Source: Oscillospiraceae bacterium (GTDB lineage: Bacteria; Bacillota; Clostridia; UBA1212; SIG427). From it: a stretch of 64,000 nt of DNA. Shown one piece after another: positions 9,620 to 19,980 of this stretch. The notes beneath the pieces are model-generated. The model was given only the letters and a program-made list of their open reading frames with translations, had not been told where the DNA came from and made no database searches. How positions within the stretch are numbered: the stretch's first letter is position 1; the number at the start of each line of letters is the position of its first letter. The stretch is taken from positions 98,753-162,752 of the forward strand of contig SVJE01000006.1 in NCBI GenBank assembly GCA_015069135.1, in the 5' to 3' direction. The position numbers and the translations under genes are program-made.

Positions 9620-11875
9620 ATGGGAGGCATCTTTCTGAAAATATTTAATATGAGTATTACAACAGGATGGTTTATATTAGCTGTTGTGGTGTTACGACTT
9701 TTATTAAAAAAAGCACCCAGGTGGATTACCTGTTTACTGTGGGGAGTAGTTGCTCTGAGACTTATAGTGCCTTTTTCTATGGAAAGTGTAATGAGTCTTG
9801 TGCCTAGTGATGAGACGATACCTGAAAATATATCCGCATATAGCGTGCCTGTTATTGAAAGTGGTGTGCCGATAATAGATGAAGCAGTAAATCCTGTGAT
9901 TTCTGATGTCCTGGAACCTCAGGTAAATGCAAATGTGAATCCTATGCAGATGATTTTGTATGTGGCTTCAGTAGTATGGCTTATGGGAATGTCAGTAATG
10001 TTTGCTTACAGTATATTTTCATATATAAGGCTACATTGCAAAGTAAGGGCTTCATTGAAGTATAGGGATAATATATTTTACTGTGATGATATTAAATCTC
10101 CTTTTATTCTGGGAATTATAAAACCGAAGATTTATCTTCCTTCTGGAATTAAAAAAGAACAGATGGAGTTTGTTATTGACCACGAAACAGCACATCTTAA
10201 GCGAAAAGATCATTTATGGAAACCTCTTGGTTATCTGCTTCTTTCTGTATATTGGTTTAATCCAGCTATTTGGCTAGGCTACATTCTTCTTTGCAGAGAT
10301 ATTGAAAATGCCTGTGATGAAAAAGTTATATATGATATGGATTCGGATACAAAGAAAGCATATTCACGAGCATTGGTAGATTGTAGCGTACAGCGGAGAA
10401 CAGTAATGGCTTGTCCTCTTGCTTTCGGAGAAGTTGGAGTAAAGAACAGAGTCAAATCAGTGCTTAACTACAAAAAACCTGCTTTTTGGGTTATTGCAGT
10501 TGCTATTATAGCCGGAATTGTTGTGTCAGTGTGTTTTCTTACAAATCCTAAAAAAAGAACAGGTAATAAATATATAGCGGTGCGTATAATACATGAAGCT
10601 TATCAGGCTGACTGGCCGGACAGTAGCTTGGAGTATATGATATCAGATGATATGCATTTGTTGTATAAAAGCTACCCTGATAATACCTCTGAAGAATGGC
10701 ATGATATAGGTAAATTTAAAGAAATAGAGCTTAATGAAGATACATTTTATAAGTTCATAAAAAAGGATTCTGCTTGGTGGTATGAGGGATATTCACTGGA
10801 AACTCTACGAGAGAATAATTCAAAAGCTTATTCTGTATATAATTCCTACAAAAGAAGAACGGAAATATTACTGAAACAAAAAGATGGAACTTACTTTATT
10901 GCTCGTAAGGATGGGAATACAGATGAAATTGTTCTGATACATATTCTTGAAGATTTTGCACCAACTCCAACACCTTTTGAAACTTATTCATTTGTAAATA
11001 ATCACTACATAACAGACAGTTTGGTATATGAAAGTGGTTTATATGAAAGCATGGAATTAAATAATGCGGATTGGCATTATATTATACACAACTACACATC
11101 TAGTGTTGGGGCCCCTATTATTGTGCTTTCGATAAATAATTATCCGACAGATCCGGATTCTGCTTCATGGGGGGATATAGGACAGCTAAACAAAATACAA
11201 CTTGAAGAAAGTGATTTTGGTAAAATGATTAAGGATTCAGGGTGGACTGATGGCTGGTCTACAAAATCAATTATTGAAAATAATCAAAATGCATTTTATG
11301 TACGTGATACTGGATTTGGTATGTTTAGTTTTTTATTGGAACAAAAAAATGGTGATATTTATATTGCTCATGGGGAAGAAGGTTCGGATACTATTAGATG
11401 GATATTCAAAACTAGACTTTGGGATTATGTAGAGGATTTAAAAAATGATGAATATACAAAAAGAACCTTTTACGAAGGTACTCACTATGTTTTCAACATT
11501 GATTCTAGAACTTCTGTTATAGATATTGAGCCGGCATATTGTATAACAGACGATTTTCTATCTTTCAGCGTAGCGGGACAGAAAGAAATGAATGATTTTG
11601 GATATACAGACATAGATGAATTGGTAGATTTCACACTTACAGAAGAAAATTTTGATAACCTTTTTGATGAAAGTGGTCAATGGTTTAATGGGTATACGGC
11701 TAACTCTTTCAGAGAAAAAGTTACAAGAGCCAGGTTCGCCGGCAGTTTTTCTGGAACATTTTTTTATGTTCTTGAAATTGATGAAAAAACTTATATCCTT
11801 CACGGAACTACAGTTTATGGTAAAAAGCTTGTGTCGATGATGATGGAAACTGTTGCCGGTAACAGCAAACCTTAA
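9620..11875 (+). CDS. M56 (BlaR1-like) metallopeptidase with triple-repeat extracellular C-terminus
   Basis: SPFILGIIKPKIYLP, HETAHLKRKDH (HExxH), YWFNP, ENACDE and VKNRVKSVLNYKKP; follows blaI. Confidence 0.9.
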   Translation: MGGIFLKIFNMSITTGWFILAVVVLRLLLKKAPRWITCLLWGVVALRLIVPFSMESVMSLVPSDETIPENISAYSVPVIESGVPIIDEAVNPVISDVLEPQVNANVNPMQMILYVASVVWLMGMSVMFAYSIFSYIRLHCKVRASLKYRDNIFYCDDIKSPFILGIIKPKIYLPSGIKKEQMEFVIDHETAHLKRKDHLWKPLGYLLLSVYWFNPAIWLGYILLCRDIENACDEKVIYDMDSDTKKAYSRALVDCSVQRRTVMACPLAFGEVGVKNRVKSVLNYKKPAFWVIAVAIIAGIVVSVCFLTNPKKRTGNKYIAVRIIHEAYQADWPDSSLEYMISDDMHLLYKSYPDNTSEEWHDIGKFKEIELNEDTFYKFIKKDSAWWYEGYSLETLRENNSKAYSVYNSYKRRTEILLKQKDGTYFIARKDGNTDEIVLIHILEDFAPTPTPFETYSFVNNHYITDSLVYESGLYESMELNNADWHYIIHNYTSSVGAPIIVLSINNYPTDPDSASWGDIGQLNKIQLEESDFGKMIKDSGWTDGWSTKSIIENNQNAFYVRDTGFGMFSFLLEQKNGDIYIAHGEEGSDTIRWIFKTRLWDYVEDLKNDEYTKRTFYEGTHYVFNIDSRTSVIDIEPAYCITDDFLSFSVAGQKEMNDFGYTDIDELVDFTLTEENFDNLFDESGQWFNGYTANSFREKVTRARFAGSFSGTFFYVLEIDEKTYILHGTTVYGKKLVSMMMETVAGNSKP

Positions 11876-11968
11876 CACAATGGTTACTTTTTTATCTATT
11901 GTAATTTCCCAAAATATGGGGTATAATGACCGTTGGTAAAATAAATTATTATTTTGGAGGTTAATATT

Positions 11969-12970
11969 ATGGCAGTTAAAGTAGCTATTAACGGTTTTGG
12001 CCGTATCGGTCGTCTGGCTTTCAGACAGATGTTTGGCGCTGAGGGATATGAGGTTGTTGCAATTAACGACTTGACAAGCCCTAAGATGCTTGCTCACCTT
12101 TTGAAGTATGACTCTGCTCAGGGTAAATATGCTCTTTGCGACACAGTTTCTTACGGTGAAGATTCTATCACAGTTGATGGAAAGACAATTAAAATTTATG
12201 CAGAAAAGGACGCTAAGGATCTTCCTTGGGGTGCTTTGGATGTAGACGTTGTTCTTGAGTGTACAGGTTTCTACACATCTAAGGAAAAAGCTTCTGCTCA
12301 CATCGCAGCAGGTGCTAAGAAGGTAGTTATTTCTGCTCCTGCAGGTAACGATCTTCCTACAATCGTTTACAACGTAAACCACGATACATTGAAGCCAGAA
12401 GATACAATCATTTCTGCAGCTTCTTGTACAACAAACTGCTTGGCTCCTATGGCTAAGGCTCTTAACGATTTGGCTGGTATCAAGTCCGGTATCATGAGCA
12501 CAATTCATGCTTACACAGGTGACCAGATGATCCTCGACGGTCCTCAGAGAAAGGGTGACTTAAGAAGATCAAGAGCAGGTGCAGTTAACATCGTTCCTAA
12601 CAGCACAGGTGCTGCTAAGGCTATCGGTTTGGTTATTCCTGAACTCAATGGTAAGCTCATCGGTTCTGCTCAGCGTGTTCCTACACCTACAGGTTCTACA
12701 ACAATCTTGGTTGCTACTGTAGAAAAGAGCGTAACTAAGGACGAAATCAACGCTGCTATGAAGGCTGCTGCTACTGAGTCTTATGGTTACAACGAAGATG
12801 AAATCGTATCTAGCGACGTAATCGGTATGACATATGGTTCTTTGTTCGATGCTACTCAGACAATGGTAGGCGAGGACAACTTGGTTCAGGTTGTTTCTTG
12901 GTATGACAACGAAAACTCTTATGTAAGCCAGATGGTTAGAACAATTAAGTACTTCGCTGAATTGAAGTAA
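11969..12970 (+). CDS. gap: Type I glyceraldehyde-3-phosphate dehydrogenase
   Basis: [43 protein letters not shown]; ggagg RBS before ATG 11969; codon bias of a highly expressed gene. Confidence 0.98.
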   Translation: MAVKVAINGFGRIGRLAFRQMFGAEGYEVVAINDLTSPKMLAHLLKYDSAQGKYALCDTVSYGEDSITVDGKTIKIYAEKDAKDLPWGALDVDVVLECTGFYTSKEKASAHIAAGAKKVVISAPAGNDLPTIVYNVNHDTLKPEDTIISAASCTTNCLAPMAKALNDLAGIKSGIMSTIHAYTGDQMILDGPQRKGDLRRSRAGAVNIVPNSTGAAKAIGLVIPELNGKLIGSAQRVPTPTGSTTILVATVEKSVTKDEINAAMKAAATESYGYNEDEIVSSDVIGMTYGSLFDATQTMVGEDNLVQVVSWYDNENSYVSQMVRTIKYFAELK

Positions 12971-12993
12971 TTTATTAACCTGAAAGTTTAGTT

Positions 12994-13027
12994 AACTGCT
13001 CCGGATTTTATCCGGGGCAGTTTTTTC
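12994..13027 (+). terminator. Intrinsic terminator after gap
   Basis: aactgctccgga-tttta-tccggggcagtt followed by a T-run. Confidence 0.85.
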
Positions 13028-13086
13028 TTGCTATTTTATTATCCGGTGATATAATTACCATGTTAAGGCATTTTTTTGGAGGCAGT

Positions 13087-14244
13087 ATGATACGTAGCAA
13101 GATATTTAAAATAACAGGTTTTGTACTTTCTTTTATATTATCTGTTCTGGTACTATTACCGGCACAGTATAATCTGCACGATTTAATCTTTAACACAGGT
13201 GTGGAATATCACCCTACTGATGTGCCTTCAAGTGATGAAGAAACTATAACTCCCGGAATTACACCGGAAACAACACCTGGGGCTACTCAGTCTGCAACAG
13301 GTGAGCCGGTTAATACTCCTTCGGTTTCAGCAACACCGTCTCAGTCATATTACGAAAAATATACTACTCCTTATGTGGGAACAGGAACTACACCTAAATA
13401 TTCAAGAGAGTCTCACCATTACAGTATTTCAGTAAAATATCCTGATACATATAAAGTGGAGAATACACTTTACTTTAAGATGGTACTTAATGCACAACTT
13501 TTACATGTATACAGACGTAACAGTAAAGGCGAGCCTACAGAACATATCCGTACAATTCTTGTATCTTCCGGTGTGGATAAAAACTCATGCGTTACACCTT
13601 TAGGCAAGTTTATGATTTTAGATAACAATCTGATCAGCTCTGCTAAATCAAGATGGATGCATTTTACCCAGGAATGGGCTCAATATACCTCCAGACTTTA
13701 TTATATAACTTCTCAGTCGTCTACAGGGATGACAGGGTATAATACAGGCTTTTTGTTCCATTCTGAGCTTTATAGAGCGGCAGATCCTACAAGGCTTATT
13801 GTTGATGAATTTAATACTTTAGGTTATCCAAGGTCTCATGGCTGTATCAGAATGCAGGTTAAGGATGCCAAGTGGATATATGAAAATGCCAGAGCAGGAT
13901 CCATAGTGGAAATTGTGGATGGTGTGGCAGATCCTGCTACATGGGCGGCTTTAAAGCCTGCTTTGTTGCCAACAGGTACAGACTATGACCCGACAGACCC
14001 GGCAAAGCCAGGGGTGTCATCAGAACCTAAGCTTTATTTTGATGATTCAACTCCAAAGCCGGCTGTTAAACCTACTAATATTCCAACTATTGCGCCTACT
14101 GTTGTTCCCACTGCTAGTCCCGTGGTTACACCGGTAGCGACTCCGGAGCCAACATCTGAGCCAACTCCAGCAACTACTCCTGAAGCTACAATATTACCTT
14201 CTGAAAGTCCGGAAGCAACACCGGAGGGGACATCTGATGTTTAA
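13087..14244 (+). CDS. L,D-transpeptidase (YkuD) with N-terminal anchor and Pro/Thr-rich linkers
   Basis: TPLGKF, FLFHS and SHGCIRM (His/Cys catalytic motif); ggagg RBS before ATG 13087; PT-rich tail. Confidence 0.88.
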   Translation: MIRSKIFKITGFVLSFILSVLVLLPAQYNLHDLIFNTGVEYHPTDVPSSDEETITPGITPETTPGATQSATGEPVNTPSVSATPSQSYYEKYTTPYVGTGTTPKYSRESHHYSISVKYPDTYKVENTLYFKMVLNAQLLHVYRRNSKGEPTEHIRTILVSSGVDKNSCVTPLGKFMILDNNLISSAKSRWMHFTQEWAQYTSRLYYITSQSSTGMTGYNTGFLFHSELYRAADPTRLIVDEFNTLGYPRSHGCIRMQVKDAKWIYENARAGSIVEIVDGVADPATWAALKPALLPTGTDYDPTDPAKPGVSSEPKLYFDDSTPKPAVKPTNIPTIAPTVVPTASPVVTPVATPEPTSEPTPATTPEATILPSESPEATPEGTSDV

Positions 14245-15163
14245 AGGAACAACTGACAACTTCGATCCAATGAGGGTAAAAATGATTTCTGTTGAGGACC
14301 ATTGTGGCGAAAATGAGTATTTATCTGTTTTGTCAGATTGTTTTGCGTTGGTACTTGTTCATGCAGGTAAAATAAGTTTTACTATTAATGGAACTGCAAA
14401 CATTTATGGTAAGTCTACAATTATTTGTCTTAGCAACAGAGATGAAAAAACAGACATAAGAATGTATCCCAAAAGTAAAGTCAGCATTGTGTATTTCGAT
14501 ACTGTTTTTTTAGCCAAAGGTCTTTCCATGAATATGCTTTTTAATAATGATTTCAAAGATTTGGCAGAGCAGCATTGCTTTTTTCAGCTAAAACCTTTTA
14601 TGGAATCGGATGCAAAGAATAAATGTTTTGTTCTTGACAGTATAGTATATAACAATTTCTGTCGGCTTATTGAGGAAATAAAAAAGCAGCTTAAGGTGCA
14701 ACCGGATTATTTCTGGTCTTGTCGAAGCAGAAGTTACCTGTTGGAATTGCTTATGGTAATGGAGAATTATTTATATGAATTTGCAACTCCTGATGATTCC
14801 GGTGATATAGAGGATTTTAAAGAAATATCAGAATATGTATGTGGAAATCTCAGTCAAAATGTCACATTGGAACAATTAGCAGAGACTTTTTATATAAACT
14901 CACAGAAAATACAGCGATTGTTTAAGAAAAACAGTGGTATGACATATAAACAATATGTGAAAGAACAGCGTTTTTTATTGGCAAAATATTTTTTGCGATT
15001 TACAAATTTATCTGTAGATGAATTAGCTTCCAAGACAGGATATTCCAATGTACAGGGTTTTGCAAAATTTTTCACCCAGATGAGCGGTATTTCACCTATT
15101 GAATTCAGAATACAACAAGTAAATGCCAGAAAAGCAGACTCAAGGCTTTATCACAAAAAGTGA
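14237..15163 (+). CDS. AraC-family regulator (paralog 1)
   Basis: C-terminal double HTH (LEQLAETFYINSQ ... SKTGYSNVQGFAKFFTQMSGISPIEFR). Confidence 0.88.
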   Translation: MFKGTTDNFDPMRVKMISVEDHCGENEYLSVLSDCFALVLVHAGKISFTINGTANIYGKSTIICLSNRDEKTDIRMYPKSKVSIVYFDTVFLAKGLSMNMLFNNDFKDLAEQHCFFQLKPFMESDAKNKCFVLDSIVYNNFCRLIEEIKKQLKVQPDYFWSCRSRSYLLELLMVMENYLYEFATPDDSGDIEDFKEISEYVCGNLSQNVTLEQLAETFYINSQKIQRLFKKNSGMTYKQYVKEQRFLLAKYFLRFTNLSVDELASKTGYSNVQGFAKFFTQMSGISPIEFRIQQVNARKADSRLYHKK

Positions 15164-15172
15164 TAGAGCTTT

Positions 15173-15204
15173 TTTTATCCAAATTTATTCTGCTTTTATC
15201 CAAA
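15173..15204 (+). promoter_or_regulatory. Candidate AraC operator (direct repeat, 21-bp period)
   Basis: TTTTATCCAAA at 15173 and 15194, between an araC gene and an ABC gene. Confidence 0.45.
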
Positions 15205-15378
15205 ATAGTTAATTATTTCAGAAAGTATTTCCTAAAATATATTTAAATCGTATAGTTTATTTTAGCCCAACATCATTGAAAATTTAAGAGAGTTACGAGA
15301 AGAAGGAGATGACTTAAGGAGGTATAGAAAAGTAAGTCAGTTCATTTTGTTATATTTAAAATGAAAGGGAATTAAAAA

Positions 15379-17169
15379 ATGAAAGATACATTAAAAGCTG
15401 TTAAGTTGAATTTTAAGGGTTTGAGAAGAATGTGGGAGTTGGATAAATGGTTTGTAATTATAACTATCGTATGGCCGCTTTTGTTCATGCCTATAAGACT
15501 CTTCGATCTATATGTAATAAAGTATATTACGGATGGTCTAGTTGACGGTAAACCATTTTCTTCGATTCTAACAATAATTTTAATATCTTTAGCAACGCAT
15601 CTGATACGAAATTTAATAGGTAACATATACAATAAAACATACGATTTGATGAAGAGAGAAGAAATTGAACAGAAGTTGCGTATTAATTTTTTAGGAAAGG
15701 TTTCTTCTTTGGACATACAATGTTTTGATGATGCTGAATTTTATGACAAGTATGTTAAAGCATTACAGGAAGCAGATTCCAGATATTTTCAAGTATTAGA
15801 TTGCCTGAAAAATTTTGTACAAAGTGTGGTTACATTAATTGCATATTTTTCTGTTGTAATTAGTTTAGATGCAACTTTAATGATTTTTGCCGCTTTGCCG
15901 ATTTTTGTTGATCTTATTTTTATAGGACGACAAGATAAGCTGAAATTTAAATTCGGAGAAGAAGGGGTTCCCATTGGCAGAAGGGTTAACTATATAATGC
16001 GCATATTTTACCTGAGTAATTATGCCAAGGAAATCAAACTAAATAATGCAGGTGGTTTTTTTGTGAAAAAGCTTAAAAAGAACTATGAGGATTATAACAA
16101 GTTACTTAAGAAGCTGGGTCACGACGAAATAAAACTTACTTTGCCGGAACATTTTTTGTCAATAATAATTCCTGTATTATTGCAGATATATCTTGTTGCC
16201 AGAACTGCCTTTGGTTTTCTTACATTAGGTAGCTATACAATGCTTGAATCTACTACATGGCAGGTTTCAGGCTACCTTACAAGTATTATTAAAATTGTTC
16301 CTCAGTTAAAGCAAAATTGTATGTATCTGGAGAATTTAGATGCAATTCTTGATTATGAGCCAATAATAAAGGACAAAGAGAATGCTGTACTTTTAGATAA
16401 AAAGATTCTTCATGAGATTAGTGTTAAGAATCTTACATTTACTTATCCTAACAACGATAGTCCTACGTTACATAATGTCTCTGTGGATATTAAACCCGGA
16501 GAAAAGATTGCTATTGTTGGATATAACGGAGCAGGTAAGTCTACATTTATAAAGCTTCTTATGAGACTTTATGATGTGGATCAGGGTTCTGTGGAAATCG
16601 ATGGTCTTAATATACAAGAATACAGCCAGAGTTCATTGCGGGATAATTTTGGTGTTGCTTTTCAGGATTTTCAGTATTTTGCCTATGATTTTGCAGAAAA
16701 TATTATATTTAAAGATTCATCAGAGGTAACGGAAGATGAAAAGGAACAAATGGATCTTGCCATAAGCTATGCCGGGCTTAAGGAAAAAATTGATACGTTT
16801 AATCAGGGTTTGTTTACACAGCTTACTAAAGAATTTGATAGCGAAGGTGCGATGCTTTCCGGTGGGGAAACTCAAAAACTGGCATTGGCAAGAGCCTTTG
16901 TTAAAAAAAGTAATATTTTAATTCTTGACGAGCCTACCAGTGCTATGGACCCTATAGCTGAGAATCGTTTATATCAGAATATGTTTAAGATAGCTGAAGG
17001 TAAGACACTGATATTTATTTCCCATAAACTGTCTTCTGCAAAAATGGCTGACAGAGTATTGTTGTTTGAGGATGGTCGGATAATTGAATCAGGAAGCCAC
17101 GAAGAATTAATGGAATTTGATGGTAAATATGCAGAGATGTTTAAGACCCAGTCAAGCTATTACGCCTGA
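15379..17169 (+). CDS. ABC exporter, fused TMD-NBD (copy 1)
   Basis: TM helices, GYNGAGKST, LSGGETQK, ILDEPT; collinear with 38688-40478. Confidence 0.93.
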   Translation: MKDTLKAVKLNFKGLRRMWELDKWFVIITIVWPLLFMPIRLFDLYVIKYITDGLVDGKPFSSILTIILISLATHLIRNLIGNIYNKTYDLMKREEIEQKLRINFLGKVSSLDIQCFDDAEFYDKYVKALQEADSRYFQVLDCLKNFVQSVVTLIAYFSVVISLDATLMIFAALPIFVDLIFIGRQDKLKFKFGEEGVPIGRRVNYIMRIFYLSNYAKEIKLNNAGGFFVKKLKKNYEDYNKLLKKLGHDEIKLTLPEHFLSIIIPVLLQIYLVARTAFGFLTLGSYTMLESTTWQVSGYLTSIIKIVPQLKQNCMYLENLDAILDYEPIIKDKENAVLLDKKILHEISVKNLTFTYPNNDSPTLHNVSVDIKPGEKIAIVGYNGAGKSTFIKLLMRLYDVDQGSVEIDGLNIQEYSQSSLRDNFGVAFQDFQYFAYDFAENIIFKDSSEVTEDEKEQMDLAISYAGLKEKIDTFNQGLFTQLTKEFDSEGAMLSGGETQKLALARAFVKKSNILILDEPTSAMDPIAENRLYQNMFKIAEGKTLIFISHKLSSAKMADRVLLFEDGRIIESGSHEELMEFDGKYAEMFKTQSSYYA

Positions 17170-17208
17170 TCTGTAATTCCACAAGGTTTTAAGAAAGAAG
17201 GTGTACAT

Positions 17209-18012
17209 ATGAGAAAAAAGGAAAAATACAAACTTAATAACATTAGTAGATTTAAGGATTGTCTGTATTACACTATTCTGATTGCATGTCAGGAAATGAA
17301 TATAGATAAATTTAAATCCTGTGCTGCGCTTTTATATCCATATGATGGCATTGCGATTTCCAGAAAACTGCCACTCTTTCCGGAACTGTTGAAAGCGGAT
17401 GGTATAAAATTACTAATACGTCATTGCAATAATAATTTAGTAAGTTCTATAATAGAGGACATTAACAATAACAAACCGGTAATTGTTGGTGTTGACATCT
17501 TTTATGATCCCATGTGCAAAATAACATTTGGTAAATTTCATTCTGAACACTTTCTTGTTATCAGCGAGTATAATTCCGCAACAGAAGTTTTTCGCGTAGT
17601 GGAGCATGATTATGTAAATGAAAATACATACCAATACAGAGATATGAGCTTTAAAGAGCTTGAAATGTGTTTTTCCGGACGGTATTTTGCTTTTGAGAAA
17701 ACTGAACCTATAAAATGCCGGCAGTTGTGTGAAGACTATGCAATGGCTACTGAAGAAATGATGTCTTTGTTATCAGTAATTCCTGCGGGTAAAATGTTTC
17801 AGAAGCAGGTAGATAAGATTATTGATATGCAAAGCGCACTTACTTGTCTCTATGTAGAGCAGCTGGGATATGAAAGTATACTTACAGAATATGTAGCTCA
17901 TGTAGAAATGGCCTGGAAGGCTGTGAAAGAATCCTATACAAAGGAGAATGTGGAAAAAGTATTGGAATGTAACAAAAATCTTTGTTTTAAAATGGCTGAA
18001 TTGCTGAAATGA
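17209..18012 (+). CDS. BtrH-N / C39-like papain-fold protein (satellite copy)
   Basis: N-terminal KDCLYY (Cys), KPVIVGVDIFY, FHSEHFLVISEY (His), VVEHDYVNENTY (Asp); similar to 42231-43163. Confidence 0.65.
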   Translation: MRKKEKYKLNNISRFKDCLYYTILIACQEMNIDKFKSCAALLYPYDGIAISRKLPLFPELLKADGIKLLIRHCNNNLVSSIIEDINNNKPVIVGVDIFYDPMCKITFGKFHSEHFLVISEYNSATEVFRVVEHDYVNENTYQYRDMSFKELEMCFSGRYFAFEKTEPIKCRQLCEDYAMATEEMMSLLSVIPAGKMFQKQVDKIIDMQSALTCLYVEQLGYESILTEYVAHVEMAWKAVKESYTKENVEKVLECNKNLCFKMAELLK

Positions 18013-18034
18013 TAATTGTAGGGAAGGAGCGTTT

Positions 18035-18952
18035 ATGACAAGAAAAATAATTGACGTAAAGGAGATTCATTGTCAGGAAGAAAGAAATATAACTTTAAGC
18101 AGAGATTTCTTTGCACTTATATATGTTTCCATGGGGAAAGTGTATGGTTCTGTAAATGACGATGTTAATGTATTTCATGCACCTTCCATAATCTGTCTCA
18201 GTAACAGGGATCAGGTATCGGAGTTACGGCTTCATAAGAATACCAGAGTCAGTATAGTTTATTTTGATACTGTTTTTCTCACAAAGGATATGAGTATGGA
18301 TACATTATTTACAAATGGCTTTATTGATGTGGTAGAGCAACATTATTTCTTACAGCTGGCTCCTTTTATTGAGAAGAAACTTAAGCGCAAGTGTTTTATT
18401 CTGGATAGGGTGCTTAGTAGGCATTTTACCCGCATAATCGGTAAAATGAAATTACAGCTGATACATAGAAATGATTTTTATTGGCCATACCGTACCAGAA
18501 GTTGTTTGTTGGAAATTTTGAGCATTATTGAAAAAATGCTTTATGACAACATGGCAATTTATAGTGCTAAGGTTCAGGAAAATAAAGAAGACAAGGCTGA
18601 ATTAGAGAAAATTCTGGAGTTTATTAATGGTAATCTGGATAAGAATATTACGTTGGAAGATTTGTACAAAAAGTTCTATATTAACGGACAGACTGTAGAA
18701 AAGCTTTTCAACAGATATCTTAAGATTACCTACAAGCAGTATGTTAAGAATCAGAGATTTGCTCTGGCTAAGCAAAACTTAAGATTTACAGAGTTGCCTC
18801 TTGAAGCTGTAGCCATAAAGTCAGGCTACTCATCAATTCAGAGTTTTTCAAAATTCTTTAAGAAGATGAGCGGCACTTCGCCTATGGCTTTCAGGAAAGA
18901 GCAGGTGAACTTAAGAAAGGTTGAGGGTCAGCCAAGATTCAAATTGAAATAA
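18035..18952 (+). CDS. AraC-family regulator (paralog 2)
   Basis: Double HTH ending GYSSIQSFSKFFKKMSGTSPMAFR; N-terminus alignable with paralog 1. Confidence 0.88.
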   Translation: MTRKIIDVKEIHCQEERNITLSRDFFALIYVSMGKVYGSVNDDVNVFHAPSIICLSNRDQVSELRLHKNTRVSIVYFDTVFLTKDMSMDTLFTNGFIDVVEQHYFLQLAPFIEKKLKRKCFILDRVLSRHFTRIIGKMKLQLIHRNDFYWPYRTRSCLLEILSIIEKMLYDNMAIYSAKVQENKEDKAELEKILEFINGNLDKNITLEDLYKKFYINGQTVEKLFNRYLKITYKQYVKNQRFALAKQNLRFTELPLEAVAIKSGYSSIQSFSKFFKKMSGTSPMAFRKEQVNLRKVEGQPRFKLK

Positions 18953-19060
18953 TACAGTAAATACCCCTTGCTGTATTGTGAAAAAACGGTGAATATGATG
19001 AGTATTGACCGTTTTTGTTTTTTGTATAAGATAAGTGTAGTTTTAGGAAGAAGAATTGGT

Positions 19061-19605
19061 ATGAAAACAGATATACCAAGATTGTTATTTGCTACTCGCG
19101 AAGAGTTTCGTGACTGGCTTTCCGAAAATGCTGAAACCAGTGGTGGTGTTTGGTTGGTTTTTGGCAAAAAGGGTTTAGATATAGTTTCACTATCTCAGGC
19201 AGAGGCCCTGGAAGAAGCTTTTTGTTTTGGTTGGATTGACGGACAGTTTGCAAAGGGTGATGACTATATGTTTATTAAGTATTTTGCAAAACGAAGAAAG
19301 CAGAGTCTTTGGTCTGAAAAAATAAGAAGATTGTAGAAGAACTTATAGAGAAAGGCTTGATTACAGAGCTTGGACTGGTTGCTGTTGAAGCAGGCAAGAA
19401 AAATGGTAAATGGTATGCCGGTAATGAAGTGAATGTGGAAGTGTTTACTAAGAAGTTAGAGGATTATCATCAGGCATATGAAAATCACATGAAATTCCCC
19501 CCCATACAGAAGGATTGTTTAAGCCAGAAGATAAATTCTTTCAAAACAGAAGCGGCCAAAGAACGGGATTTTTTGAAGATTGTGGATATGTTGAATAAAC
19601 TTTAG
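19061..19605 (+). pseudogene. YdeI/OmpD-associated family protein, frameshifted
   Basis: FATREEFRDWL...EEAFCFGWIDG...RRKQSLWSEK. Adding one A to the A6 run at 19317-19322 restores WSEKNKKIVEELIEKGLITELG and joins it to the 19357-19605 ORF. Confidence 0.8.
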
Positions 19606-19623
19606 ATATAGGAGGAATAAATT

Positions 19624-19728
19624 ATGACAAATAATGAAGAGTTGAAAGATATAATTAAAGAGTTTGCTGATTGCGGCTGTTCATTTGATCCTTTGTATAA
19701 GAGAGCTCGGGAGCTGTTAATGGCATAA
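19624..19728 (+). CDS. 34-aa small ORF (MTNNEELKDIIKEFADCGCSFDPLYKRARELLMA)
   Basis: AGGAGG RBS at ~19610; below the ORF-track length cutoff; translated by hand. Confidence 0.5.
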   Translation: MTNNEELKDIIKEFADCGCSFDPLYKRARELLMA

Positions 19729-19980
19729 AAATTACGAAGTTTTCTCAACTACAAAGTTTAGTGTATAAACTTTATAGGTGTTTTTTGTTTTTTAGAAAAG
19801 TCTTATCTATTTATTTGAATAAATGAAAAAGTATTAATAAATTATTGTTAATTTGTTACTAAAATGATAGTTTTTTGATAGTCCTCGGTTATATATTTAG
19901 GCGGACTGTGAAACAGGTATTTTTTAAATACCTTTATCTATCCGACCTTAAGAGAATATAGCTTATATTGGAGGATAATT

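Noticed and set aside
11969-12970. gap as a dedicated 1,3-BPG supplier for FkbH
   Set aside because: It has housekeeping codon bias and its own terminator and lies 20 kb away; coincidental.
19870-19960. Possible riboswitch upstream of the short AraC
   Set aside because: Only a small AT-rich hairpin (aggtattt/aaatacct); no match to an aptamer I recognise.
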